DNA of 60,961 nucleotides, counting the filler. It is 6 parts of 6 records of this genome, joined end to end, with 100 filler letters (N's around TTAATTAATTAA, not from the genome) between each part and the next. Parts side by side here need not be neighbours in the genome. Positions count along the whole stretch, not along the records: positions 16,208 to 23,059 come from SRR31147125_32418; positions 23,160 to 31,844 come from SRR31147125_32430; 4 more parts are not named here. One strand, 5' to 3'. The number at the start of each line of letters is the position of its first letter. Position 1 is the stretch's first letter. This document shows, one piece after another, positions 19,445 through 31,944 of the stretch. The translations under genes and the position numbers were made by a program. The notes beneath the pieces are model-generated. The model made no database searches and was not told the DNA's origin. It saw only the letters and a program-made list of their open reading frames with translations.

Positions 19445-20521
19445 TCAGCTCGCCTTCACCTCGTTCCAGATGCGCACCCATTTGCCGTAATCGGCCGGGT
19501 TCTCTTTCCATACGAACGAATCCATCACGCTCATATCCTTGATAAAAATCCGCGCCTGCTCTTCTGCGGAGAGGCTGTCGCGGGCGGTTGACGTACTGAT
19601 CGCATACGGCCCGTTGAGCGCCAGCGTCTTCCCATATTCCGGACCAAGCAGGAAGTTGATCAGTTCGTGCGCAGCGGCTGCGCTCTCTGGTGAGGTTCCC
19701 GCCGGAACAGCGCAGGTGTCACACCAGCCGATAACCCCTTCCTTCGGCTTCGCCATGCCCATGTCGATGCCTTTTGCACGGAGATCGTAGTAGGGCGGTA
19801 CCCAGGAGAAGGCGCACACCACCTCACCTGCGGCAAAAAGGTTCGTCAGGTCGGCAATGGAGTTCCAGTATGTACGCAGCAGTTTCTTCTGCGCGATACA
19901 CGCCTTCTTGCACTCGGCGAGCTCCTTGTCGTCCATCTTGAAAATTCGGTCGCGTTCGATGCCGATGTACATCGCGGCAATGGCAAGCCCTTCGAGCGCA
20001 TAATCACGCATCGCGAGCCGTCCTTTGTATTTCTCGCCTTCGAACAAGGTTGCCCAGTCCGGCTCTTCATCCATCAGATCGGCGCGGTACACGATCGGAT
20101 TGATGCCCCAGTAGAACGGAATCCCGTAGGTCTTGCCGTCTTTCTTGCCCAGGTCGGTCGATTGAAACGGGGCGTACAGCTGCGCTGCGTTGGGAATTTT
20201 TGCGAGATCGAGCGGCTCGAGCAGCCCCGATGCGACATAGAGTTCCACTTTGTCGAGGCCCGGCGTGATCAGATCCCAGTCTTTGGCACCGCCGGCCCGG
20301 ATCATCGCAAACTGCTCATCGTCGGAACCGATGAACCCCTTCTGGATCTCCACCCCGCTCGTCTTGATAAAGCTGCTGATGTACTCGTCGTAGGCAAGGT
20401 TTTCCCAGGTGAGCCAGTTGACACTCTTCCCGGAGGCTGCAATCGCCTTAAAGGGAATATTCCCCGCCATCATGCCGGCGGTACCAGCGGCCATCATCCG
20501 TAAAAACGTTCTTCTTTCCAT
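19445..20521 (-). CDS. PotD/PotF-family periplasmic binding protein with Tat signal
   Basis: MERRTFLR twin-arginine leader; LEPLDLAKIPN, GIPFYWG and PKEGVIGWCD motifs. Confidence 0.87.
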   Translation of the reverse strand: MERRTFLRMMAAGTAGMMAGNIPFKAIAASGKSVNWLTWENLAYDEYISSFIKTSGVEIQKGFIGSDDEQFAMIRAGGAKDWDLITPGLDKVELYVASGLLEPLDLAKIPNAAQLYAPFQSTDLGKKDGKTYGIPFYWGINPIVYRADLMDEEPDWATLFEGEKYKGRLAMRDYALEGLAIAAMYIGIERDRIFKMDDKELAECKKACIAQKKLLRTYWNSIADLTNLFAAGEVVCAFSWVPPYYDLRAKGIDMGMAKPKEGVIGWCDTCAVPAGTSPESAAAAHELINFLLGPEYGKTLALNGPYAISTSTARDSLSAEEQARIFIKDMSVMDSFVWKENPADYGKWVRIWNEVKAS

Positions 20522-20660
20522 GCGTTTCTCCTGTTCGTTTCGTTTATGGATCCGAGTCGATGCATGATCGCTCCATTTCCTGTTTGCCCATGAACACGTT
20601 CTGCCCGCCAACCGTTTCCACGCTGCGAACAGTCGGGTATTCATGTCATCCCTTTATCAA

Positions 20661-20677
20661 AGCAAATAAAATGCCGA
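20661..20677 (-). promoter_or_regulatory. Putative sigma54 (-24/-12) promoter of the ABC-hydA operon
   Basis: Reverse complement TCGGCATTTTATTTGCT has exact GG-N10-GC spacing, about 140 nt upstream of the binding-protein start. Confidence 0.6.
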
Positions 20678-20968
20678 TCTGCCGACCCGGTAGTTTTTTA
20701 CGGTATTTCTGCTATCGCACGCCGAATATCGAACCACCGCTGGTTTCTACAACACCCTGAAAACGCACACTCTGGCAGATTAACGCTCAGCCGCGCAGCC
20801 TGGCCGAAGAGATAATCGCGAGCACGAAAACTACACAATGCCGGCCATATTATACTGCATATTTGTGAAAGCCAACAGCTCTGACATAAACTTTTATTAC
20901 ACAAACGCAACAACTATTCATTTCCGAACACAACCCACGGAAAATCCAATCCGCACGAATCGACCCCG

Positions 20969-21634
20969 TCAGTGAACGAGCCTACCGTCTTCAATCTCGA
21001 TCGTCCTGTCAGCGAGACGAGCATATTCCAACTCGTGTGTAATCATCACGATGGAAAGCCCTCCCCCGTGGAGATCGGCCAGGAGTTGCATGATTTGTTC
21101 TCCGGTATGCCGGTCGAGACTTCCGGTAGGCTCATCCGCAAAGAGAATCTTTGAGGATTTGGTGAGGGCACGAGCGATGGCGACGCGCTGCTGCTCCCCT
21201 CCGGAGAGGCTGCCGGGCAACCGTGCCGCCTTGTCGGCCAGCCCAACTCTCTCGATACAGTCCAGCGCCCTCACCTTTGTATGCCTGTTCACCGGTCTGA
21301 GAGAACTGGTGAAGGGGAGCAGGGTATTTTCGAGAACCGAAAGATACGGCAGGAGATGATGGAATTGAAAGATAACAGAGAAATCCGACTTGCGCAGCCC
21401 GTTGAGATGGGACTCGGAAACCGTGGCAAGATCTGCCCCGTTATAGTTGATGTGCCCAGTGTCCGGTCTGACGAGGGTCGAAAGGACATTGAGCAGCGTC
21501 GTCTTGCCGGAACCGGACCGGCCGACAATAGAGACATAGTCCCCCTCATTCAGTTTCAGCGAAACCCCCTTCAGCACCGGGACCTTCTTGTCATCGGTTG
21601 AAAAGTCCTTCATGATATTTATTGCTTCGAGCAT
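20969..21634 (-). CDS. ABC transporter ATP-binding protein (LolD/MacB-like)
   Basis: [31 protein letters not shown] and ADEPTG motifs. Confidence 0.92.
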   Translation of the reverse strand: MLEAINIMKDFSTDDKKVPVLKGVSLKLNEGDYVSIVGRSGSGKTTLLNVLSTLVRPDTGHINYNGADLATVSESHLNGLRKSDFSVIFQFHHLLPYLSVLENTLLPFTSSLRPVNRHTKVRALDCIERVGLADKAARLPGSLSGGEQQRVAIARALTKSSKILFADEPTGSLDRHTGEQIMQLLADLHGGGLSIVMITHELEYARLADRTIEIEDGRLVH

Positions 21635-21642
21635 GATTACAC

Positions 21643-22806
21643 CTATAGGGAAACAAGGGCCTGAGACGGTTCCAGTGATGCGCCTTTCCAGGCCGGGTAG
21701 AGGGCTGACAAAATTGTTACCGTCGGAAATATCGATATACAGACCAGCAGCTGAGCAATCGAGAAAAGCGGTCTGGCCACGTCCGTAAGCGTGAGAAATT
21801 CGAGGGCTTTGATGCTTGCCCCGTATCCAACCAGGTAGCCGAGCCCGCCAGCCAACACTCCGATAAATCCCGCCTCAAGGCAGAAAATCATGAAAACCCC
21901 CGACTTGCCATAACCGAGGGAACGGAGAATCCCGATATCCTTTTTCCGCTCGTTTACCGCAGACAGCATGGACAACCCAACCATCGCCGAGGCCGTCACC
22001 AGGATGACCAGGCAAATAGAAAGCGCGAACTTCTGGACAAACCGAACAGACGACATCCGCTGGTTAACGACATTCTGGAGGGCAATCACGGACGTCTTTG
22101 GCAGGCTGGACTGGATCTGGCCGACGATATCCTCGATCGGGCAGCCAGAGCAGAGCGCCGCGACTTCGACAAAACTGACCCTGTCGGGTTGTTCTATCAT
22201 CACCTGAAGCCTGCCCAAATCCATCAGGATTACCGAGTCGTCATCCCCACCGGTCTCGAAGAGAACCCCCGACACCTTGAATTCCGAACCGTCAACAGAA
22301 AGGTATTCACCAGTTCTGACGCCAAGCGTCTGGGCAGCGTGGCTTCCGAGCAGAATCTCATCGGGATGCTGCGGAATCGCTCCGTCGGTCGCCCAGTAAC
22401 TTTTTATCCCCAGCTCTTCCTCCCACCGCACACCGACGACCGCAACAGCCAGATGATCGACCTTGACCATATGAACCAGTTTGGGAGCAACCACGCTGAT
22501 TCGGTCGCTCAGCCCGATGGACTTGATCGCTTCAGTTGTAGCGGTTTCCTGCAGATCCTCGACATCGACCAGCATGTCGCCCATGTGCAGACCGCCATAA
22601 CTGACGCTGAGTTTTTCGGTTGCGGGCTTTACGACGATATTGGCGCCAAAGGCGGTGAGTTTCTTTTCCAGGGAGTGACCGACGACCAGGGACACCTGGT
22701 AGAGGGCCACTATCGACGTAACTCCAAGCATAAACAGTGAAAGCAGCAGCAGTGTCCGCGTCGGCCGTCTCCGCATATTTCTGAGGGGTATGGTGACAAT
22801 GTTCAT
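21643..22806 (-). CDS. FtsX/MacB-family ABC permease
   Basis: N-terminal TM, periplasmic domain with CSGC, ERKKDIGILRSLG and C-terminal TMs. Confidence 0.88.
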   Translation of the reverse strand: MNIVTIPLRNMRRRPTRTLLLLSLFMLGVTSIVALYQVSLVVGHSLEKKLTAFGANIVVKPATEKLSVSYGGLHMGDMLVDVEDLQETATTEAIKSIGLSDRISVVAPKLVHMVKVDHLAVAVVGVRWEEELGIKSYWATDGAIPQHPDEILLGSHAAQTLGVRTGEYLSVDGSEFKVSGVLFETGGDDDSVILMDLGRLQVMIEQPDRVSFVEVAALCSGCPIEDIVGQIQSSLPKTSVIALQNVVNQRMSSVRFVQKFALSICLVILVTASAMVGLSMLSAVNERKKDIGILRSLGYGKSGVFMIFCLEAGFIGVLAGGLGYLVGYGASIKALEFLTLTDVARPLFSIAQLLVCISIFPTVTILSALYPAWKGASLEPSQALVSL

Positions 22807-22815
22807 AGTACCACC

Positions 22816-23059
22816 CTAAAAGTAACGGGCGCCGGGCAGGACATCTTTCACCTTGATGACAAGATTGTCCGCCCGCACTTCCCGTTTCAGCGGTGCCGGA
22901 TTACAACCGCCCTGTTCGACATTGATGCGGGTGGAGTGAAAACGCCTTCCGCAGTTGTTACAGATCATGAAGTCGCCATCCTGGGTGTAACCCTTTTGCG
23001 CTGGGAAACAGACGTCGCAGGCGTCGAACGCTGCCCTGATCACCCCATCAGTGCTCTTC
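22816..23059 (-). CDS. DUF2318 (Fe-S-containing) protein, C-terminal part
   Basis: AFDACDVC...GY...ICNNCG...GGCNPAPL signature. Confidence 0.8.
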
Positions 23060-23159
23060 NNNNNNNNNNNNNNNNNNNNNNNNNNNNNNNNNNNNNNNNN
23101 NNNTTAATTAATTAANNNNNNNNNNNNNNNNNNNNNNNNNNNNNNNNNNNNNNNNNNNN
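23060..23159. other. Artificial contig spacer
   Basis: N44-TTAATTAATTAA-N44. Confidence 0.98.
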
Positions 23160-23398
23160 TTTTTCTTGATCTTGGAAAGAGCAAACATGCCAAGTTGCAA
23201 GAGGGGCTGAAATGCATTGCCTATCGCAGTGAGCCGTTCATTGTGGATGGTATGGTTCTTGGGGAAGATATTACCGTGTTGGGGACGTTGTTGTTAAAAA
23301 ATGTCCAGGAAAAGATCTCCATTGCCTCTCTCGTTGCCGGTGTCGGTGGAGAAGGGATAAAAGAGATTTCTAAAGAAGATCGGGTAATGACCAAATAG
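23160..23398 (+). CDS. C-terminal fragment resembling the FlgT_C-type beta domain seen on CsgG/FlgT-family proteins
   Basis: FLDLGKSK...GLKCIAYR...VLGED...LGTLLLKNVQEKISIA...DRVMTK. The frame is open from the contig edge. Confidence 0.4.
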
Positions 23399-23444
23399 GG
23401 TTAAGGAATGGAGAAAAAGATAGCGTTTTTTGGAGGGGGGGAAG

Positions 23445-26400
23445 ATGAAGCGGAAAAAACAAATAAAAGAAAGAATGATTCCAACCGGAAGAGCAAAGAG
23501 GGGCTCAACGGCATTTATCGATAGGTTGTTTAGGGGCACGGTTTGGGGATGCTTCATACTGTCGGTTTTTTCGATTCTCGGGAGCGATGGAGGTGCAACG
23601 GCAACGGTCGGCGGCATTGATATCTGTGCGCAGGTGACGGATACCGAGAGATTGACGGGCACATTCTCCGGACGATTTCAGATCGATTACAGAGATGTGG
23701 ATCTATATATCGCGGCCTATTTACCATCCGAGCCCGAAGCCGCGGATGGTGAACGACTTCTCTTTCTACAGGCTTCCGGCAATGAAGAGAATGAAGACGT
23801 CAAGGAAATTTGTCCGGAATCTCCGGATCTGATGCCTTGGGGGTGGACACAGGATATCTCCCCACTGGGAAGAGATGAGCAAATCATCTCAGGAAAATGG
23901 GGGACTTTGACTTGTGTCGATTATTCACCCTTTAAAGCGCAGCTATCGAAAGTCGTTTTCATTTTACTGCTGGTAAAGCAGGGAGAGGATCCCTTTGCCC
24001 GGTCAAACTGGCAAGATCATGCCTTCACCTCTTTGATAACGGATCCCCATGCCCGTGTTCCGGGACAGACTCTGTTTTTCTCGGGCAATGATGTTTATCG
24101 GGATTATCCGGCAACATTGGATGTCGTTCCGGAGGCAAATGACGGTGATGAGCCTGCCGATGACGATAAAGAGAGCGAAGACGGGGATGTGGAAAAGCCG
24201 GATATCTTCAAGATTTCCGGAGATCAACTCTATTACGCCAACGGTAGTGCCGATAAATTTCAAGTCATCGATATCTCTAATCCGGAGCAGCCTGAGATGC
24301 GACACTCTCAACGACTGGAAGGGATGCCGGTGGATCTTTATGTCAAAGACGGATATGTGATTCTTCTGGAACAAAAAAGCGATTCGGATGAGATTGGAAT
24401 CTCCCTTCAAGTATTTCAAGATGCCGGAACATCCATTGCTCAGGTTGCAGCCCAAAGTTACTCCGACCTTCAATATCTCAACTCCAGACGATCGGGAGAT
24501 CGGCTTTTTATTACGGCGACAACCGCTTCAATGGTCTATCCCGAAATTGCCGTTGACGATGCCGTGATGCCGTATTCCGAGCCGAGCACCGTTGTTGTTG
24601 CAGTGGGTATTGAATCGCCCAACAGCCCGGAACTGTTGGCAAAAGAAACGTTGACGGGGTATGATGCCGATATCTATCTGGATGGAAACCATATGGTTCA
24701 GATTGCCAGGGAGAGTTGGCAATCCACGGTGCTGCACATATTTGATTTGAATGCCGAAGATGGACCTCTATCTCGAAGTACGGCGGTGAAGATCGACGGT
24801 CGCATCCCCTCCGAATATCATGTCAAGATATCCGATGATACACTGTTTGTTATTTATAGAGATGAAAATCTGGAAAACGGCAGCACGTTGAAAATTTTTG
24901 ATCTGAGTTCAACCGGAAATGGAGATGGGGATGAGGTCGCCGGCAATTCCGTCTCAAATGCTGATGGAGATCTGATTGCACGTGAGCGGGGTGTTGTAAA
25001 AGAAATTGCTCCGGGTGAGGAACTCTATGCTGCGACATTTATGGATGATCGCGCGTACATCGTCACCTATGAAAGAACCGATCCCCTCTGGGTGGTCGAT
25101 ATTTCCGATCTCGATGCTCCCAAAATCCTTGGAGAGTTGGAGGTGCCCGGTTGGTCGGAGTATATCCGCTTTCACAACGATCGTCTCATTGCTTTGGGAT
25201 ATGACGATAGTGATGGAAAACGCAGGGTATCGGTTGCGCTGTTTTCTGTCGAAGATCCTTTTAACCCCAAGTTATTGGATCGAGTAACGCCCTTGAAACA
25301 CGTAGCGGATTACACCAGTTCCGTTGCCGTCAGTGATGATAGAGGGTTTTACTTCAACAGCAGTTCCGGGGTGATTCTGCTCCCCATCCAATATTACGCC
25401 TCTCAAAGTACTTCCGGTCTGGAGATCATCCGGATCGATTCCGATTACGATGGATTTCAATGGGATCATTTTGTTCAGGCAAGGTTCCATGTACAGCGGG
25501 GAACCGAAGCCGACAGTGCTGCTTCGGAGGAGGCAAATGGTCTGGCGGATATTGTTATCAGCATGGGAGATTCCGCCATCAACACCATCGATGTTGTCGG
25601 CGTGTCATCTTCCAAAAAGCCGGAAGTGCTTGGGGAGTTGCGCCTGGCTTACAATGTCGATAAAATTGCATTGACCACCGATGATCAAACCCTCTTTGGG
25701 GTTGGCGGAGATTATTACCTGAGCAGCACATCCGATTTGATGCGATTTGATTTGACAGGGGGGCTGCATTTCAAGAAACCCCAATGGATATACCCGAAGA
25801 GGTGCTGGATTCAGAGCTCAGTTATCCTGAACTCATGATATCAAAGACGACAAATGAATTCGGTGCCGAGGGGGAATCCGATGATGAGGGCCGACGAGAA
25901 AATGGAATATTGTTTTCATGGAATGATTCAGCCTTTCGTTGTTTTGATCCTGAGGATATGTCATTGGGAACAATTATCAAGTTTGACAATACAAATCGTT
26001 GGATGAGTTCAGAGCCGCTGTTCCGAGACAATCATCTCTATTTCTCCATCAGCGAGTATGTTCCGATTCCCTTGATCGATGAAGGTGATGTCGACGATAC
26101 ATACGATCGGTATGGAACGACAACGACGCTCCGAGGGTTTGATTGTACAACATTTGATGCCCCGGAAAAGCTTCCGGACCTCTCCATTCCGGGAACCCCT
26201 GTTGCGCTGCTTGAAAATAGAAAACTGGTGACGGTAGAGCAACAGGATTACTATTATCCCTATCTGTTATATGAAGGCGGCGTAGACGTTCAAGCGGACA
26301 CTGAAGCGGTAGAGACTGTAGAATCCGATAATGATGTAAATCAGAATACGAACACCGACGAAGCGCCTTCCACCACTATCGCCGACTCGGATGAACCGTT

Positions 26401-26887
26401 TGCTCCGGAACCCATTGAACGAGGTCTTCGCATCAATGTGCTGGACGTGTCAGACGACCAGGCCGTGTTGGATGCAACCGCTTTTTTTGATCGGGACACA
26501 TTGGGCTATTCCCAGGTGATTTGCGATGAGTCATCCATATATCTGATTTCCTGGGAAAATGAGAATACCAAGATCCGGTTACTGGATCCGGCCTCTTTAC
26601 GGGTTGTAGTCAGTCATCGTGTTGAAGGACAGCTTTCACCGGTAAAAGCGTCAAGTGGAACAGTCGTATTTACCAACGCGATGGTATATCCCTATTATTA
26701 CGATACATACCTACCCTATTGGAGTCAAACGGAAGTAAGGGTATTGGAATTTTCAGGGGATGAAATGAAAACGGTGATGGCCGATTCCATTGATTACTAT
26801 TTAACAAAGTACACCCTCGAAATCGGAGAGAATATGCTTTATGTGGCAAATGGGTATAAAGGAATTCAAGTTTTGCCGTTTCATTGA
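23445..26887 (+). CDS. Large acidic secreted beta-propeller protein (Beta_propel/COG4880-like), split at G6 run 25758-25763
   Basis: DVEKPDIFK, GEELYAATF..DRAYIVTYERTDPLWVVDISD..PKILGELEVPGWSEYI motifs. One extra G joins ORFs 23430-25838 and 25784-26887. Confidence 0.8.
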
Positions 26888-29800
26888 ATGCTATTACTGT
26901 GGATAGAATATTGAAAGTGTCAAGGAAAACCGGGGTGGAGGTTCTGTTGATGAACGTTGCGATGCGTTGGGGAGTGATATTTTTTGTGCTGATGCTCATT
27001 CCGTGGGGAGTATTGGCAAATGAGTATTATCCGGAAAATGTAGTGGAGATGGCGTCTGAGCTTGGGTATTTAGAGTACTTTGACAATGGTCAAACAACAG
27101 GACCGATTGCGATTGATAGCGAAGTCGGACTGGAAGAATATCTTACCGGTGACCCGGATCTGGCATCTGGGGGGGTTGTAAGGATTCCGGGGGAGCCTCC
27201 TATGTGATCCTCGGCTTTACGACCAAGACCATTAAAAACGAACCAGGCGTCGATTTTATCATCCGTTGGGCGGGGAGCAGCAGTCAACCCAGAGTCTTTG
27301 TCTTCTTTCAATATGCCAATGAAGATGAGATGAAGATTAATTGGGGTCGTCCGGACACCACCATGAGGCCGATAGATGTTTCCGGATCGTTTTCGGAAAA
27401 TTCACGGACAATACCAATTGATCTTGACACCATCATGTACGGAGAGGGGCTGGATTGGGAAAATAGACGAGTAGTGGCCGTAAAAATTGAGGGGCCGGAA
27501 GATTCAACGGAACACTTTGATCTTCAGTATGTCGAAATTAGTCAAGGCTCAAGAGCGGATGAGACGGCTTGGGATTTATTTGGAACTGTTGACGTGAATA
27601 TTATCAATGCCTCATCGAGTTCAGCAGAGATACCGCAAAGGGTTGATGTGGTATTTATGGACACTGTTTTTAATTTGTCCTATCCATTATCCATCGTGAA
27701 TTCTGATTGGGGAGAGGTTGGACTGCCTGCGGGCTCTTACAATTATACCGTGGATGCGGATGGGTTTGTAGAAGTTGGTAATGAAAGCAATGAGAACGTT
27801 GTTATTGTTCCCTTTTTCAATGGACGCGTCCCTTTAGATTTGCAGCTTAAAAAAAATAGAGGACAAATTAGTGGAGACGTAACTGTTGATTATCCTCCAA
27901 ATATATTGCCGAATGAATTAACAGTTCGTCTTACGAACACGGAAACCGACGTTTCTCAAACCGCATCTACCCAAGTTAATGACGGATACTATGAATTTAA
28001 CGATATTGAGTTCGGTTATGAATATACACTTGAGATCTTAGTGGATGGATATACTGAAGATTCACGGATTAAACCGATTTATGTCGAAGCAGACACAACC
28101 GAAGATTTTGAGCTTGTTCCGTTGGAATCAACAAGAATAATCAAGGGATATATAAAATATGCAACGCTTAATTCCCAGACCCCTTTGTCCCGGACAACAG
28201 TGAAATTAATAGACATATCAGAGGAATCAAAGTCTTCAAAAGAATATTTCCATACCACAGGGGAAGATGGTCAATTTGAGATAACAAACGTTAATTTGGG
28301 TAAATATAAAGTGGACATTAATGGAGAATATTTCACATTTTCCTCTTATGATGAAATATTTGTTAGTCCTACGACCCCTTCCTTCCTGGAATATACTCTT
28401 CCCATAGGTGTCATCAAAGGAAAAGTAGTTGATGGGTCTTCTCAAAAGGAGTTGGAAGGGGCGGAAGTCATCCTGACAAACACGGAGACCGGAGAGTCAA
28501 TCGGCCCGGACTTGACCGATGAGACCGGAGAATTTCATTTTTTAATTGAGTTCGGTACATACACAATCACTGCTTCTTTGAATGACGATACGTCTTCATC
28601 CATAGAGCGAACGGTGTCACAGTCTAGTCCTGTTATTTCTTTGCAAAATCCGATTGCGCTTAATAACAATATTGAGCCTGGAACTCTTTCTGTGGTCGGC
28701 AAGGTGTACAATTCAATTGGAAATGAGCCGATTCCCGATGCGACTGTTAAAATCTTTTTGAATGGCCAAGAGAATGAGGATCCGGTCGCTTCTGAAACGA
28801 CCCCTCAAGATGGAAGTTTCAGTTTTTCCGGCTTAGAGTCACGGATTTACTCGGTAGTTGTTTTTGCAGAAAATTTTCATACATACGGACCTTCAGATTT
28901 TTTTCTCCAGCAGACAAGCTCTACTCAGGTCTACAATGTCCCCCTTGATCCCAGAGCACCCATAATAGAGCGTTTTCAGGTTGACCCGGAAAGGATTGAA
29001 GCCGGAAGTGACCAGGAGGTGACTTTCTTTATTCAGGTGTCTGATCCTGATGGCGTTGATGACATTTCCGAAGTGATATTGAGTCATCCTTCCCTTGCCC
29101 AAGTCATTTCTGATGGTGGTATAACAATACCTAAATTCTCTTCGATCCAATTAAATGAAACAACGCTTCAGTATGAATATACGACGGGAATCTTTGGCAA
29201 GTTAGATAATCAAAACGCTTTGAAGCCAAAGGATTACCTTTTAAATTTAGTGGTGAGAGACACCGATTTTGAGACAAAAGAGAGCCTGACGTTTAGTGTT
29301 TATGAAACAGAGCAGGCCACCATAGATCCGGAAGAGGTGCTGTCTAGATTTCTTCAAAACACGTTGGATAACCAGACCCTGGTCTTCTCAATAAAAGTGG
29401 GTACTGATCTGTTTAGCCGCATTTCAAACGGCATAGGTAATGGAGAAAATTCCATTCACGATGGAGATGATAATGGGATTAAAGACAACTTCCGCTCTTT
29501 AAGCCGTTCATCACAGACCGATTGCCCGGACTGCTATGTGGAAGTGAGAATTTATCGACCGGATTCAACTCTATACAATACATATATCGTTTGTGAGTCA
29601 AAAGATATTGTGATCCCCAATGCCGAGGCCGGCCAGTGGACATATGAAACTACAAATTATTGTTCCCAATCATTGGATGTTCAAATTGAGACAAGGGGTG
29701 AGGATACTGCTGTTTTGACCGGCACGGTCAAGGATTCCCATACCGGTTTAGTTGTACAAAATGCAAAGGTGGAGTGGAACTTGGGGGGAGAAGGATATTC

Positions 29801-30383
29801 TGCTGAAAACGGATATTTCTCTGTCGTGGTCGTTGCCGGTGAAGGGATACTTTCCACAACCTTGACGGATTATCAGGTCAACTTCAGGGGAAACATCTCT
29901 TTGAAATCCGGCATTACAAAGCAAGTGAATATAAGCCTCGTTCCGGAAGAATCGGCCTATGTCTCATTACCCAAAGATCAAGTCGTTTCTGAAATCCTTG
30001 AACCGCTTCCATTACCGGATCCTTACGTACAGCCGTTTACAAGTTCGGTAAATGAGAATGATGAGCTGTATATCGATGCATTGTTCCCACCTTATGAAGA
30101 TGACGTTACTCTCTATTTAGCTGTCGGGATCGTATATGAGAATGTCCCCTATCTTTTCTTTTTTGATCAGTCGGATTTGTTGGTTCTCTATGGGAGTGGC
30201 GCTTTTACACCATGGCGAAATGGGTGTTGTGGATGGGGGCAATTTTCAAACGCTTTGAATATTCCCATCGATGCATTGCCTGTGGGGAGGTATACTTTTT
30301 ACTCTCTTGCCACAGATGACCCACTGACGTTTTCCGCATTTGATTTCAAATATTTTACGATTGATATTCCACCGGCGGATTGA
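26884..30383 (+). CDS. Large acidic surface protein: N-terminal jelly-roll, tandem carboxypeptidase-regulatory-like (CnaB-type) repeats and C-terminal Ig-like module; split at G5 run 27189-27193
   Basis: Signal peptide ending VLA; repeated G.I.G.V.D....I.GA.V.L...TD..G.F.F..L..G.Y.L units. One extra G gives IPGGASYVILGF. Confidence 0.78.
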
Positions 30384-30430
30384 AGCGGTTTGTATGATTC
30401 AATTGATAGCGCCAAGTTAAGGACAAGACA

Positions 30431-31844
30431 ATGAATCAAATTTTTCATTTCAAATTTCAATACCCGGATAGAAAAAGACGGAAAAGGTCAGCAGAGAACC
30501 TCGGAAGAAGGCACATTAACAGGCTGTTGGGGGTGATGGTGAGCTTGAGCGTGGCTGTCGCGTCACTTTTGTCAGGAATCAGTGGGGCTGTTTCTCATGC
30601 AGCGGAGGAATTTGTATATGAAACCACTTTCCCGGCACTTCAACAGCCTTGGCATTTTTGGCAGCCGTATTCCATTGCCGCCACTCCAAGTGGGAATATC
30701 CTTGTGGCGGACACGGCAAACCATAGAATCGTCAAATTAAACCCCAGTGGTCAACTGATCACCACGTGGGGGGGCTTTGGACAAGAGAGTGGGGCGTTTT
30801 CAACGCCCACCGCCATTGCTGTGGACAACTCCGGCTATGTTTATGTTCTTGATACGAAATTCAATAATAGAAGGGTCTTGAAGTTTGATGAGAACGGTGA
30901 TTTCATTTCACTGCCTTGGCGTGAGAGTTTGAATGAGGGAGATGCTTTTCAGTTTACCACCCAAAGTGACATCGCGATTTCTCCGGAGCAATTGATTTAT
31001 ATTTCAGATACGCCCAGCCATCGAATTTTGGTCTTCAGCGCCCAAGGCAGTTATTTGAAATCCATAGAGAACTTTTCCGGAAGCTGTGTGGAAAATTGTC
31101 AGCCCATTTCACCGTCGGGCTTGGCGTTTGATTCAGACGGCACCCTTTTTATTCTTCATCGGGGGGAGAACCGACAGCACCTGATGGCCATTGGGTCAGC
31201 AAATGGTCGCCGGTTGACGGCTATTTGGAGTCATTTGATCTCCGGATTTGGGAAAATGAAGAAGAGGAAGAGCAGGATGGGGACGAACCCGATGAAAAGG
31301 ATCTCGTGACCTTATTGGGAATGGCAATAGATAATGAGGGAAAAATATATATAGCAGATGCGACAAACCACACAATCCTTGTCTATTCTTCCCATGGGGA
31401 ATTCCTCGATGGTTTTGGAGAGGAAGGCATCGGTCAGGGAGAGTTTCGCTACCCTACGGACATCGCTTTGGATCGTGCCGGGCGGATTTTCATTGCAGAT
31501 CAAGATAACAATCGCATTGTAAAATTCAGCAAAGATCAGTCGTATATGAATGCATGGCAAAGCGGGGGCAGTTCCGATGGAGAATTTCTTACGGCTTTTG
31601 GGATGACAACGGATTCAGATGGGAACATATGGATTGCAGATGCCGGGAATCATCGCATTCAAAAATTTAAGTCCGACGGCACCTTTTTAATGAGCGTTGG
31701 AGAAAATGGGAACGGCGATGGACAGTTTAACGGCCCACGGAATGTTGCGGTTGATTCTTTAGGATATATTTACGTGGCGGATCAAGGAAATCATAGAATT
31801 CAGAAATTCCATGCGACCGGAGAGTATGTCGGAAAATGGGGGGG
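30431..31844 (+). CDS. Secreted NHL-repeat six-bladed beta-propeller protein; split at G6 run 31161-31166; 3' end cut
   Basis: Repeats such as ILVADTANHRIVKL, IFIADQDNNRIVKF, IWIADAGNHRIQKF and IYVADQGNHRIQKF. Confidence 0.88.
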
Positions 31845-31944
31845 NNNNNNNNNNNNNNNNNNNNNNNNNNNNNNNNNNNNNNNNNNNNTTAATTAATTAA
31901 NNNNNNNNNNNNNNNNNNNNNNNNNNNNNNNNNNNNNNNNNNNN
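31845..31944. other. Artificial contig spacer
   Basis: N44-TTAATTAATTAA-N44. Confidence 0.98.

Noticed and set aside
25758-31166. Poly-G tracts in three surface genes as phase variation or programmed frameshifting
   Set aside because: The tracts are short (G5-G6), and the same error type hits polA and genes on other contigs.
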